A stretch of 64,000 bases of DNA from an uncultured cyanobacterium (GCA_963803805.1 CAWDOD010000002.1:736001-800000), one strand, 5' to 3'. Counted from the stretch's first letter, positions 51,892-62,063 are shown. The notes: generated by a model not told the origin, from the letters alone. Numbers and translations: made by a program.

Positions 51892-52275
51892 TTAATCTTG
51901 TACATATTCTGTGCCGTTAACCAAAGCCATTTCTGCTTTGACAAACTCCCTACCCAAATAAAGGGCATGAGCTAAGTAAGAAAGGGGACAAGGTTGAGCA
52001 ACTTCGGTAATTTTCACCCCTAATTCTTTGGCTGTTCTACCGGTAAAAGTAGCTGTAGGAGTTCGCTTTAAAGGTTTGTCACAAGGAAAAGGCTTTCCGG
52101 TTTCGGGATCTACGGCTAAACCTTTTTCGTTAATCTCATTGGTATAGTGTTCTGCACAAATCAAACTTTTCCCTCGATCTAAATAAATAATAAAATAACC
52201 AGCCGGATCTAGTTCAATGAAGCGTTGGGAAAGTTCTTCATCAATAGCGGCTAAATTATCGAGCTTTATAGTCAT
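51892..52275 (-). CDS. DUF4346-family protein
   Basis: LDPAGYFII, G.TAKEL, HA.YLGRE, Y.QD C-terminus. Confidence 0.8.
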   Translation of the reverse strand: MTIKLDNLAAIDEELSQRFIELDPAGYFIIYLDRGKSLICAEHYTNEINEKGLAVDPETGKPFPCDKPLKRTPTATFTGRTAKELGVKITEVAQPCPLSYLAHALYLGREFVKAEMALVNGTEYVQD

Positions 52276-52512
52276 ACAAAATAAGTGTTTATTTGCAAGT
52301 TTGGGTAAGCTGTTGAAATGTATTCTTAATAGTCAAGCATCATAAGCAGAAATTTGATAATTAGCAGCAATTAAAAAAGCAGATTCCATTAGTTCAGTAG
52401 TAGATAAGCTGTCAGGCATTTAATTTACTTATTAGGTTTGATGGGGAGATAGGGAGATAGGGAGATGGGGGGAGGGTTTTAGGGCTTATTTCCTAGTTGA
52501 GTAATACACAGT

Positions 52513-52617
52513 TTAACGGTAGATGTATTCGTAGAGGACACTTTCAATACCTATGCGGCTACCTTTGATGCGGATGTCATCAGGGGCTAGAAAGTTGAAG
52601 TAATCTTGGATTTGCAT
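52513..52617 (-). pseudogene. Truncated DUF433-family antitoxin-like gene (34 codons)
   Basis: MQIQDYFNFLAPDDIRIKGSRIGIESVLYEYIYR-stop. Confidence 0.6.
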
Positions 52618-52646
52618 ATCTATGAAATTTTGATTGATTTTAAAAC

Positions 52647-52991
52647 TTAACTTTCTGCTTCAATTGCTTCTGTTACTTGCTCAATTAGAGGTTCAAGATC
52701 GTTACTATATGTATCCCAGATAATATCTAAATTTACACTAAAGTAAGCATGAACTAATCTATTTCTCATACTAATTATATCTATCCAAGGAATTTCTGGA
52801 TATCTCTCCTTACAAGCACTAGAAACTTGATTTGCGGCTTCGCCAATAATTTCTAAGTCCTTAACTATAGCTAAAGTTAACACCCTATCCTCATCTAAAC
52901 TATCTCTTGATTTTCCAGCAACAAAATCAAGTATTTCTCTTGCTGCATCTCGCATATGTTGAAGGCGTGTCAAGTCGTCAATTGCTGTCAT
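52647..52991 (-). CDS. HEPN (DUF86/HepT-like) toxin
   Basis: LEIIGEAA, IPW..I..MRNRLVHAY (Rx4HxY). Confidence 0.92.
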   Translation of the reverse strand: MTAIDDLTRLQHMRDAAREILDFVAGKSRDSLDEDRVLTLAIVKDLEIIGEAANQVSSACKERYPEIPWIDIISMRNRLVHAYFSVNLDIIWDTYSNDLEPLIEQVTEAIEAES

Positions 52992-53289
52992 ATTGTACTA
53001 ATGCCTCAGCTATGACGCGATCGCGGAAGTAAATACTTAATTCTTCAGGTGTTCTCAAATCAATTTTGCGTCCCCATAGCATCGTCGATAATTCTCTTTC
53101 CATTCTCGCTATCTTTAGGAAACCTGGGGTTTTTCCTGGCTCAAATTCTACCAAGAAATCAATGTCGCTATCAGGGCTAAAATCATCTCTTAATACTGAA
53201 CCAAATAGAGATAGTTTACGAATGTGGTGAAGTTGACAAAATTGAGCTAATTTTGCTGATTCTATTTTAATAGGTAAAGTTTTATTCAT
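52978..53289 (-). CDS. Minimal nucleotidyltransferase antitoxin (MNT)
   Basis: LFGSVLRDDF.PDSDIDFLVEF; overlaps HEPN gene. Confidence 0.92.
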   Translation of the reverse strand: MNKTLPIKIESAKLAQFCQLHHIRKLSLFGSVLRDDFSPDSDIDFLVEFEPGKTPGFLKIARMERELSTMLWGRKIDLRTPEELSIYFRDRVIAEALVQYDSN

Positions 53290-53348
53290 AAGTTTGCTTA
53301 ATTGCTATTATATTTTTGACTTTGTTCTCTAGCAAATTATTTAAAGGG

Positions 53349-53543
53349 TCAAAACCGACCAGTTTCAAAATCATCTAGCCCTTGTTGAATACCTTCAATT
53401 GCTGCTTGGGAATCTTCTAGTTCCCACTCTAAGATTTTTTTGAGTAGTTCGGCAGCAACTACGCTTATGTTTTGACCTCGTTTTCTGGCCTGTTCCCAGA
53501 GTTGTGCTTCTAACTCTGGACTCAAATCAATGCTGATTGTCAT
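53349..53543 (-). CDS. Orphan RHH/CopG-like antitoxin, possibly truncated
   Basis: MTISIDLSPELEAQL...GIQQGLDDF. Confidence 0.6.
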   Translation of the reverse strand: MTISIDLSPELEAQLWEQARKRGQNISVVAAELLKKILEWELEDSQAAIEGIQQGLDDFETGRF

Positions 53544-53584
53544 CTCAATTTGGTTGTCTTTTTAAAGTTCTATTTTATCAAAAC

Positions 53585-53920
53585 CTAACCAACGGCGAAA
53601 TCTGTAAACTTACGTGCTAAAGGTTCATGAAATGCTATGACAATATCTTGCTTAGAGATACCCTGCTCAATTAGTTTATTGGCAAAGTCTACTTCTGTAC
53701 CATCATACTGAATCCAAACTTTGTTATCTTTAAGATCAATATGAATAGAACATCCGTAGATACGTCTGTGCTTGTTCCAACCAGTCCTAATTACTTGATA
53801 ATGCTCTCCTTGTTCATCAAAGCTAGTATAAACTTCAACATCGCCATAGGAAGGCTTTATATAGCTATACTCAGTGAGGATTTGTTTGACAATTGCACGA
53901 TGATGTTCTAGTTTTTCCAT
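53585..53920 (-). CDS. xisI: XisI-family protein
   Basis: HY....GW...R..G...HID....KVWIQYDGTE, DIVIAF. Confidence 0.92.
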   Translation of the reverse strand: MEKLEHHRAIVKQILTEYSYIKPSYGDVEVYTSFDEQGEHYQVIRTGWNKHRRIYGCSIHIDLKDNKVWIQYDGTEVDFANKLIEQGISKQDIVIAFHEPLARKFTDFAVG

Positions 53921-54324
53921 TGTACGATTACCTCTTGGAATGGGTTGAATACAATTAATTTAAGCTGTACTTCTTCAATTATCATTTGGGTAAATCGTCT
54001 TGAGAAGAAGTCTTCATAACTAGCAAGGGGAACAGCAAGATACAGAGTTCTTTCTGGTTCTTCTGCTTTTAGAGCAAAACGGTAGTTGAAATATTGTCCT
54101 AAAGCAGTATGAAACTGATAAATTTCAGAGGTTCCCAGAAAGCTTTTGACTTCCACGGCAATTTTTTCCCCTTGTCTTTCTGCGCCAATTAATTTTTCTG
54201 CACCCAGATCAATTTTCATCGTTACATCACCAAAGTCTACATCCAAAGGATCATGGGTAATAGTCCAGCTTTCTTTTTCTAAAGTGTGGCGAACGGCATC
54301 ATGGTAGAAATCTTTAGCTGCCAT
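53908..54324 (-). CDS. xisH: XisH-family protein
   Basis: AKD.YH, W.ITHDP, IDLGAE, IAVEVKSF, ALGQY..YR. Confidence 0.94.
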   Translation of the reverse strand: MAAKDFYHDAVRHTLEKESWTITHDPLDVDFGDVTMKIDLGAEKLIGAERQGEKIAVEVKSFLGTSEIYQFHTALGQYFNYRFALKAEEPERTLYLAVPLASYEDFFSRRFTQMIIEEVQLKLIVFNPFQEVIVQWKN

Positions 54325-54401
54325 CTATTTATCTTAATCGTCTCTGATTAATTTTATATATATTAGGCTGCCCTGGATATAGCTTGGCTTGCTTTGCGAT
54401 G

Positions 54402-54740
54402 TTAAGAAACTGCAAAATCTGTAATCTTCCGGCTTTCAAGAGTTTTGTAAGCTAGGACAATTTGTTGAGGAGGTATACCTAAATTAACAAGTTCGTTAGC
54501 AACGCCTTCTTCTGTACCATCTTGTTGTATCCAAATCTTTTGGTCAATAATATCGATATGAGTTAAAGTTCCATAGATACGTCTACTTTTATGCCAACCT
54601 ATGTCTACAAGTAGATAATGGTTACGAATTTCATCTATGACTAGTTGGCTTTCCGTTTCAGGATCGTTACTGATAAATTCAAGGTAGTCTTGTAAGACTT
54701 GAATTGTTGCTTGTTTGAGGTTGGTTTTTAGGGTATCCAT
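54402..54740 (-). CDS. xisI: XisI-family protein (second copy)
   Basis: HYL..IGW...RIYG..HIDI..KIWIQQDGTE. Confidence 0.9.
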   Translation of the reverse strand: MDTLKTNLKQATIQVLQDYLEFISNDPETESQLVIDEIRNHYLLVDIGWHKSRRIYGTLTHIDIIDQKIWIQQDGTEEGVANELVNLGIPPQQIVLAYKTLESRKITDFAVS

Positions 54741-54778
54741 TTAACAATTACCTCCTCTGTAGGATTAAAGCTAAAAAG
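54728..54778 (-). pseudogene. 3'-end remnant of an xisH gene overlapping the second xisI
   Basis: Reads LFSFNPTEEVIVKWIP-stop versus LIVFNPFQEVIVQWKN in the intact XisH; same overlap geometry. Confidence 0.7.
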
Positions 54779-54783
54779 ACAGA

Positions 54784-55032
54784 TCATTTTATTCTTCCTC
54801 CTTCTCTAATTAATTCTGTACTATCGAGCCATTGAATATTAGTTTGAGTTGCTCGTTTTTTCTTTCTTGCTTCTATATTGGCAAGAATGATTTTGGCATT
54901 TTTACGTCTTTCTTCCCAAGTAGGATCAGTTTCAGGAGAAAGGTTGATTTTTAGAGTTGTTTCAGTTTTTGCTAATGCTGTTTTTAAGAGTTCAATTGCT
55001 TGCTCATTAACAGAATTGATAGTAAAAATCAT
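54784..55032 (-). CDS. Small hypothetical, antitoxin-like
   Basis: C-terminal DSTELIRE resembles tails of VapB-like antitoxins. Confidence 0.4.
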   Translation of the reverse strand: MIFTINSVNEQAIELLKTALAKTETTLKINLSPETDPTWEERRKNAKIILANIEARKKKRATQTNIQWLDSTELIREGGRIK

Positions 55033-55062
55033 GTATATAAAAATAATAAATTTAATTTCCCT

Positions 55063-56112
55063 TTAAACTAGCTTGAACCAATATTTATAATTTTTTACCT
55101 TATCAATAAGCTTTACATTTTTAATGTGAACCTCGTATCTAGTATTAGTATTAAGGTTATCTATTTTCCAACTCAAGATGTTTCCAAGTCCAGGCATATC
55201 ATTGCTATAATCTATTGCATTAACTTTAACTGATTTTTCATTTTCATCTAATATTTCAATATTGACATTTGAAAAATCTACTTTTTGGCTATTCTTTATA
55301 CTTATTTTATCTGCTACTACACTAAAAGATAAAGCAGGATAACCTTCTGAGTTTTGCAGAAATAATTCAGAGGGATATTCGTTATAAGGATACGCGATAA
55401 AATTAGGCTCTAAAGACATCAAGTTTTCTGGTCTGTAGTTTTCAATACGAATTGCCATACTACTTATTTGATAGGCTCTGATTTCCTCTCCGTTTTTCTT
55501 GATTGATTGTTTCTGGAGCGATCCATCAAACCGACCAAAAGATAACTCTGAAACAAAAGGATTTAAAAAAACAAATCTTTTAAAAGTTTTCCTGTTGAAA
55601 GCAGCTTCTAATAATTCTTTTGTACTAACAAATTTATTAAGATATTGATCATTTGTAGTCGTTACCGATGTAGGCACATAAATCAAAGATGTTTGCACAG
55701 TGTCTTGCTGGCTTTCTGATGTAGAATTAGACCAACATCTATAGTTTTTATTAGGTTTGCCGTTTTTGTCATGGTTAGAGGCTCTTACTAAAGCAGCTTC
55801 TGAAGCGCGATATTCGTCCTTATACCGATAAGTAATTGGTCTTAAATTGTGTAGTATTCTAATTCTGTTTACGGTTTCAACAAATTCCTGAATTTCAGTA
55901 TCTCTTAAGATACCTTTAATACATTTTTTAGAACTAGGAATAGTAGTGTAAATGCTTTCAATACTGATTTTGGTATCATCTACTCTAACTTTTTCCATAC
56001 CAAGTTTTTCTAATCGCTTTTTGTTTAATCCTTTCAAGAAATAGTTACCAAGTGATACGGTAAGCAAAAGAATAATTAAAGATAAAATATTTTTATTTAA
56101 CCTAATTTTCAT
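55063..56112 (-). CDS. Membrane-anchored protein with degenerate CAP/SCP-like domain
   Basis: N-terminal TM; VNRIRILHNL.P; AT-rich. Confidence 0.55.
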   Translation of the reverse strand: MKIRLNKNILSLIILLLTVSLGNYFLKGLNKKRLEKLGMEKVRVDDTKISIESIYTTIPSSKKCIKGILRDTEIQEFVETVNRIRILHNLRPITYRYKDEYRASEAALVRASNHDKNGKPNKNYRCWSNSTSESQQDTVQTSLIYVPTSVTTTNDQYLNKFVSTKELLEAAFNRKTFKRFVFLNPFVSELSFGRFDGSLQKQSIKKNGEEIRAYQISSMAIRIENYRPENLMSLEPNFIAYPYNEYPSELFLQNSEGYPALSFSVVADKISIKNSQKVDFSNVNIEILDENEKSVKVNAIDYSNDMPGLGNILSWKIDNLNTNTRYEVHIKNVKLIDKVKNYKYWFKLV

Positions 56113-56149
56113 TTTTAGCTGCCTTACTTTCCGTTAGCTTATACTTATG

Positions 56150-59100
56150 TCATTCTCTAAAAAAAGGCTTATACCCATTGTTGTACCAGATTGATACATC
56201 AAAAAGATTGTCAATTTCCTGAGCAGTAAAAGGATTTTTCCCAATGGCTAAAGAATCAATCCATTCTTGACGGTTGATTTCTTGGTGCTTTGAATCATCT
56301 AATTCTATTGACTCCTGAAGGTCTTTAATAGCTGCCTCAAAGTTATTAACCAGAGCAAATGCTAAAGCTCGACTTGTTAGTGCATAAGCTCTCATCCATT
56401 CCTTATCTGCAAGTTCTACAGCTTTATTACAAGCCGTCATCACCTTAGAAGCTTGTTTGTGTAAGCTACCAAACCAGCAAAGCTGATTCCAAGAAGATGC
56501 TGGGATTCCTATTTCTGGCTCCGATGGTCGTTGTTTTGCATAAATCTCTGCAAACTGCTGAGCCTCTTTAAAAACATCAATTGCCTCGTCAATTTGCCCC
56601 TGTCTTGCCAAAGCTTCTCCTCTAGTAACTAAGGCTGGTATCACTAAGCGTAATACTTCCAATTCAGGATTCAAGACTAAAGTTTTGTCCATCTCAATTG
56701 CTTGTTTGAATTTTGCTAATGCGGCTTTTGTTTTCCCTTGTCTGGCAAAATGACTACCTTGATCAATTAATAATTGAACGGATAATTTAGCATCATTGCA
56801 TAGCTGACGATCATCATTAGCTACGTTAGAATTATTTTTGATATATTCATTAATCCAATAACAACCGCGTTGTATTAAATCATCTAAATCTAAATTCCAT
56901 ATAATCCCTGGTTCATAACCTGTTGAAGCTAGTTTCATTCCATTCGAGCTGAAACTTACGCTACTTATTCCTGAACTTATTCCTTTTGTCTGCTCTTCTG
57001 TGTTTAAATTAGAAATCAAATTACCATCATAATTCCAGAGCTTTATGACATTATTGCCCCCACCAGAAGCAATAATACTATATCTATAATTGTGGTCTAA
57101 ACTACTCACTTTACCATCGTTACCTGTGAGAGTTTTTCGTAAATTACCGTCTAAAGTCCATGTTTTTATAGTACTATTAAAATCAAAGTCAGAATTGCTT
57201 GATGCACCGGCTGAAATCAAAAGATTTTCTTGGGGAATAATGAGTACATCCAGAGCATTTTCTCCATGTGTAATTCTATGCTGTAAACGGTTATCTGTAT
57301 TCCAGAATTTTATATCTTTATCATAACCACCTGTAACAATTTGATTGTTTGGTGTAAATTGAACACTTTCTAAAGAATCTTCTGTCTCAATTCTGCTTGA
57401 AACTAAATTAACATTAAATATTCGACTATTTTGACGAGCTATTTCTAAAGTATATCTAGAGCCTTCCTGCTTTGCATTATCTAAAAACTCATTAAGAAAA
57501 TCACGAAAATTTCTGACTCCTATATTACTCAAATTGGTTCCATTAATACTTACAATACGATCTCCTACTGTCAAACCTGCTAATTGTGCTGGTGAATTAT
57601 TAACAACTCTACCAATAATCAAACTTTGCGCTTTATTATCTGGGATTGGATAAAAACCTAACCCAACATAGTAGTTTCTCCACTTACTTATTTCTCTGCC
57701 AGATAAATTCCAAGTTCTGATTGTACTATCTCCCCCTACTGTAACTACTCTTTTACCATCAGGGCTGAAATCTATATCATTAACATAGTCTCTAGAGTCT
57801 CTCCCAGGATTATCTACTTCATCTTCTCTTCCATGTCCATAAAAAGTCTGTATTAGTTCTCCATTACGCTGCCAAATTTTTGCTGTCTTATCTTCACTAG
57901 CAGAAGCAATGATTTTGCCATCAGGACTAAACTTAACTTTGGTAATATTTTGTTGATGTGCTTTGATAGTATTAATTAATATGCCATTGTGATTATAAAG
58001 CTGAATATTTTTACCATTTGCGTGAGCAATTGTTCGATCGTCTGGGCTAAAACTGATACTACTTCCACCATTATTGAGCTTAGTTAAAGGAATACCATCA
58101 AGCTCCCAAAATTTAATCGTCGTATCCTGACTAGCAGAAGCTAAAGTTTTGCCATCTGGACTAAACTTCACGCTAGTAATGAAGCTACGGTGTCCCTCAA
58201 TGGTTTTAATTAACTTGCTGTCACGTTGCCAGATTTTGATTGTATTATCATAACCAGCAGAAGCAATAGTTTGACCATCACGACTAAAAGTTATACTCCG
58301 TATCCCACGACTATGACCAGAAAAAGTATTAATTAAAGTTCCATCGAGATTCCATAAATTTATTTCGCTCCCTATAGATGCAAGAATGCGCTGACCATCA
58401 GGACTAAAAGTGACAGTGTTCCAATCTGACACTTTGGGTTCTCCCTTTCCTACCAAATTTTTAACAAGTTTCCCATCACGACCATAAAGTCTGATGATAG
58501 AAAGATTAGAGTCACTAGCTGGAGTAAAACGACTAGCTAATGCAATTAGTTGACTATCTGGACTGAAAGTAGCACTTGTAATTTCTTCATCACTGTCAGT
58601 TAATTTAGCTAATAGTTGACCATTAATATCCCAAAGTTTAGCCCCCTGTCTTCCAGCAGAAATTATACTTTTTCCATCCGGACTAAACTTTACGTCAAAA
58701 ATCAGACTACCATCATGTTCAAGGTTGGCAATAAGTTGATTATCTAAAGTCCTCAATTGAACTAAATTATTGCCTCCTAATGCGATCACTTTACCATCAG
58801 GACTAAAAGTTAAACTTTTTGAACCTCCTGATAATGAAGCACCATTCAATTGTCTTAAAAAGCTTCCATCAGCTTTCCATAGCCGAACGCTATTTAAGCC
58901 CGATGAAGCAATAAATTCACCATCAGGACTAAAGTCTATCATCGTAACTTCTGATGAATGCCCATCTAAACGATTACGTTCTTGAATTCCATAAACTATT
59001 TCTCTTAAAGCTGTGATGACCTTGATTTCTGTCTCAAGTTTTGCTTTACCAGAGCGTTTCAATTCCTGTAATCGCTTTCCCACTTTTACTGCTTGTACTA

Positions 59101-61318
59101 TGGCATCAAGTTCTTGATTAAGTGTAAAACGCGATTGAGCGTCGGTGATATCAGTAATGACCTGATTGTTGATACTTTGGATTTGAGCATTGCGCCATTG
59201 GAAAAATGCAACAATACCGGCTATGCTCACTAAAATAGTGGAAATAATTGCCACTCTTGTACGGGATTGAGCAGCTTTTCTAGCCTGTCTTTCTTGCTTT
59301 AACTCTCTATCTCTTCTTTCATTTTCCTCTTTAATGATGCGATCGCGCTCTTTCCGACTCTCCCTAACAAACTCCCTCGCCAAACCAGACAAAGGAACAA
59401 TCTCAACCTTCTCCTCAACAAACTCCTCCGCCTCCCCTAACTTCACTCCCTCCAAAAAATAGCCCTTGCCTTCCTCTTCTGTGGGCTTACCTTGTGCCTG
59501 CCATTCCTCAGCAGCCCTCTGGATCTTCCTTTCTGTCCTAATCGCCTCTCGATTATTTTCCAACAAATTCTGCAACCATAACCAATTGCCAATCAACGCC
59601 TCATGAATAATCTCAACAGTTTCTTGTTCCGTTTCCTCTCTTCTATTCGTCACCACCAAACGCACAGAAGCCAACCTCGTCACCAAATCCCAATTATCTT
59701 CCCCCACTTCATCACGGGTAGCAATGCGGCGAGTATCTTCTGTTCCTTCCCCTGGTTGCACCAACTGAATAAAAATTCGTTCTGCCCGCTTCTTATCCTC
59801 CTTACTTAAACTGGCATATTTCCCCTCGGCATACTTAGCCAAAGCCCCTTCCACACCACCAATTTCTTCATAAACCTCATGGGTTAACAGGCCATGTTGC
59901 TGTTTTGCCCATAACAATTCCAAAGCAAACTCCAAGGAAGGCAAATTTCCCGGTTCCTTCTCCACCGCCTGCAAAATCCGTTCCGTTAACCCAGACTCAA
60001 TCCTCACTCCCAACTTTTGTGCGGGTTTTTCAATAGCCCCTTGCAACTCTTCCCGGTTCATAGGGCCAAGTTTGCGGTCAGCATCTTGCAAAGCATCAGC
60101 GAAAGGACGATAATCAAGAGCATAGCCTAAAAAGTCTGCCCGTAAAGTTAGCACTAACTTGAAGTTCTCTATATCGTTGACTGCTGACAACAATTGCTCT
60201 AAAAATAACTGACGTTCTGTATTATCTCGACAAAGGGTGTAGATTTCTTCAAATTGGTCGGCTATGAGTAACAAGTAAGTGCAGTTGTTCTTTTCTAAAA
60301 TACGCTCTATTACATCCCGTAATTCTATCTTTCCTTGCTGCAACTTTTTAGCTTGTTCGTTAATCTTCTCAAGGCGAATATCTTCATCTGTTTCCCTTTG
60401 CCACAGAGGAAATAACTTTGCGGCTAAGTTACGAAAAGGGCGATCGCCGGGACGAAATACCTCAATTAACCAACCTTCCTCTCCACGCAACTGAGGAACT
60501 AACCCAGCAAAGACAACAGAAGACTTACCACTTCCAGAAGCCCCAATTACTGCCACCAGAGGCTGTGTCTGTACCGCTTGTACCAACTGCTGAGTAAACG
60601 TTTCTCTACCAAAGAAAAACTCTGTATCCTCTTCTCGGAAAGCAAACAAACCCCGATAGGGAGAAGTAGAAATAATCTGCTCTTCTAATTCTGGACAAGC
60701 ATTGATAAGCTGGTCTATGGGAATAATAAAGGCAGCCCTAACTTCTGGTCGCAGACTATCAATAGCCACCGTCATACCAACAACAACCTCTAGTAGCTCA
60801 TCCCAAACCGGAGAACCACTAAAACCTGGTTCAATAGGATAAGCAGAAGATGGGGGAACTTCTATCTGTACTCGACCATTTGCTTGTCGCTCTCTGATAA
60901 TGCCATCAGTATAAACGCCAACCTCTTGCCCTTGGGGAAAACCAAAAACTTGAAAAGAATGCTTCCACAGGTTTTCTGTTCTAACCAGTCGTACAGGCTG
61001 AGTTCCTGGTGGTAAGGGATTTTCTAGTTCTAACAAAGCTATGTCAGCCCCAGTCTCCGGTAAAATAGAGGGACTCGGTTGGACTGGTAGCCAGCGAATA
61101 ACTCGCCCTCTGAGAATGTTTTTCGATGCTATTAAGGGAAAATCTAAATGAATTTCTTGATTTGGTTCATTTGGGGCATTTAACGGTTGACCAATTGCTG
61201 CATTAATCACATGGGCGCAGGTGAGAACATATTTATCGGAGACAAGAAAACCTGCACCAACAACTTTTCCGTTGGTTTGACGAATTCGGGCAACAGCAAA
61301 CTTCAATTGGCTAGTCAT
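56150..61318 (-). CDS. Trypsin-like protease - nSTAND1 NTPase - TM - WD40 (PDZ insertion) - TPR protein
   Basis: Catalytic triad LTCAHV / DIALL / GFSGSP; PYRGL..F; Walker A GASGSGKSS; DQFEE; WD40 repeats; PDZ SPA..AGL.VGD.I..ING; C-terminal TPRs. Confidence 0.92.
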   Translation of the reverse strand: MTSQLKFAVARIRQTNGKVVGAGFLVSDKYVLTCAHVINAAIGQPLNAPNEPNQEIHLDFPLIASKNILRGRVIRWLPVQPSPSILPETGADIALLELENPLPPGTQPVRLVRTENLWKHSFQVFGFPQGQEVGVYTDGIIRERQANGRVQIEVPPSSAYPIEPGFSGSPVWDELLEVVVGMTVAIDSLRPEVRAAFIIPIDQLINACPELEEQIISTSPYRGLFAFREEDTEFFFGRETFTQQLVQAVQTQPLVAVIGASGSGKSSVVFAGLVPQLRGEEGWLIEVFRPGDRPFRNLAAKLFPLWQRETDEDIRLEKINEQAKKLQQGKIELRDVIERILEKNNCTYLLLIADQFEEIYTLCRDNTERQLFLEQLLSAVNDIENFKLVLTLRADFLGYALDYRPFADALQDADRKLGPMNREELQGAIEKPAQKLGVRIESGLTERILQAVEKEPGNLPSLEFALELLWAKQQHGLLTHEVYEEIGGVEGALAKYAEGKYASLSKEDKKRAERIFIQLVQPGEGTEDTRRIATRDEVGEDNWDLVTRLASVRLVVTNRREETEQETVEIIHEALIGNWLWLQNLLENNREAIRTERKIQRAAEEWQAQGKPTEEEGKGYFLEGVKLGEAEEFVEEKVEIVPLSGLAREFVRESRKERDRIIKEENERRDRELKQERQARKAAQSRTRVAIISTILVSIAGIVAFFQWRNAQIQSINNQVITDITDAQSRFTLNQELDAIVQAVKVGKRLQELKRSGKAKLETEIKVITALREIVYGIQERNRLDGHSSEVTMIDFSPDGEFIASSGLNSVRLWKADGSFLRQLNGASLSGGSKSLTFSPDGKVIALGGNNLVQLRTLDNQLIANLEHDGSLIFDVKFSPDGKSIISAGRQGAKLWDINGQLLAKLTDSDEEITSATFSPDSQLIALASRFTPASDSNLSIIRLYGRDGKLVKNLVGKGEPKVSDWNTVTFSPDGQRILASIGSEINLWNLDGTLINTFSGHSRGIRSITFSRDGQTIASAGYDNTIKIWQRDSKLIKTIEGHRSFITSVKFSPDGKTLASASQDTTIKFWELDGIPLTKLNNGGSSISFSPDDRTIAHANGKNIQLYNHNGILINTIKAHQQNITKVKFSPDGKIIASASEDKTAKIWQRNGELIQTFYGHGREDEVDNPGRDSRDYVNDIDFSPDGKRVVTVGGDSTIRTWNLSGREISKWRNYYVGLGFYPIPDNKAQSLIIGRVVNNSPAQLAGLTVGDRIVSINGTNLSNIGVRNFRDFLNEFLDNAKQEGSRYTLEIARQNSRIFNVNLVSSRIETEDSLESVQFTPNNQIVTGGYDKDIKFWNTDNRLQHRITHGENALDVLIIPQENLLISAGASSNSDFDFNSTIKTWTLDGNLRKTLTGNDGKVSSLDHNYRYSIIASGGGNNVIKLWNYDGNLISNLNTEEQTKGISSGISSVSFSSNGMKLASTGYEPGIIWNLDLDDLIQRGCYWINEYIKNNSNVANDDRQLCNDAKLSVQLLIDQGSHFARQGKTKAALAKFKQAIEMDKTLVLNPELEVLRLVIPALVTRGEALARQGQIDEAIDVFKEAQQFAEIYAKQRPSEPEIGIPASSWNQLCWFGSLHKQASKVMTACNKAVELADKEWMRAYALTSRALAFALVNNFEAAIKDLQESIELDDSKHQEINRQEWIDSLAIGKNPFTAQEIDNLFDVSIWYNNGYKPFFRE

Positions 61319-61427
61319 GGGATTTTAGGTTGTAGGTTTGAGATGTCCCCTAAAAAGACTAATATTCAAGTAAATGTTGGGTTGTGCTGTCGCTTAACCC
61401 AAGCTACAGGATTTTGTGCAAGTGATA

Positions 61428-61757
61428 TCACTTCTTCCACTTCAAAGTTATTTCGTAGTTACCTTCTACATTAGCAGAAGCAATAACAGCACCCATTTCT
61501 GCTGTCATCTTAACTCCAAATTTCACCTCTACTTCATCAGGAGAATCTTTTAACTCGCGGATTTTACCAATAATATTGCTAGCAACTGGTTTAATGCTAT
61601 CCATAGCCTCAGCAAAAGAGGTTTGGGCTTTAACGACAATTTGTTGCCCAGGGTAATTTGCTACTAAACCTTCATCTACTTCATTACTTGGCAACTCTTC
61701 TACTTCTACCAAAATAGAGTCATCACCTTCGAGGCGAAATTCAATTAAGGGTTTCAC
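61428..61757 (-). CDS. Trypsin-co-occurring domain 1 (Trypco1 / CU044_2847-like) protein
   Basis: ILVEV, PDEVEVKFGVK..AE.G..IA....E.N..ITLKW; directly upstream of trypsin-STAND gene. Confidence 0.85.
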   Translation of the reverse strand: MKPLIEFRLEGDDSILVEVEELPSNEVDEGLVANYPGQQIVVKAQTSFAEAMDSIKPVASNIIGKIRELKDSPDEVEVKFGVKMTAEMGAVIASANVEGNYEITLKWKK

Positions 61758-62005
61758 TATTAACCTCTGTTCTAGATATTTTTGTTGTTGAATTACCAGT
61801 GAATTATAGTTTTCCTTTTCAAAGACTCGCTGATATCATTAGACACAATTTTTACAATTTGGCTAGCTTGTGGCCCGGCTAACAAGTAATACAGCACCTT
61901 GAAACTCATTAGGTACATTATTTTAATGTCAAACTGTTCACTAATAACTTTTTGCTGGGTCAACCTCACCTTAAGCTAATCAATCCTGTAGGCTTTACAA
62001 AAATA

Positions 62006-62063
62006 ACACTATCAATAGTGGGTTTTTGCGTATAATACTGATCCATTACACTGTCTATGGTGT
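62006..62063 (+). promoter_or_regulatory. Two NrdR-box-like operators flanking a TATAAT -10 element
   Basis: ACACTATCAATAGTGG (62006-62021), TATAAT (62031-62036), ACACTGTCTATGGTGT (62048-62063) upstream of RNR gene. Confidence 0.7.

Noticed and set aside
53585-54740. fdxN excision element
   Set aside because: No XisF recombinase or interrupted nif/fdxN gene; xisH/xisI are commonly dispersed in cyanobacteria.
1098-61474. Numerous 60-126 aa ORFs overlapping long genes
   Set aside because: Antisense or alternate-frame shadows with no recognisable motifs.
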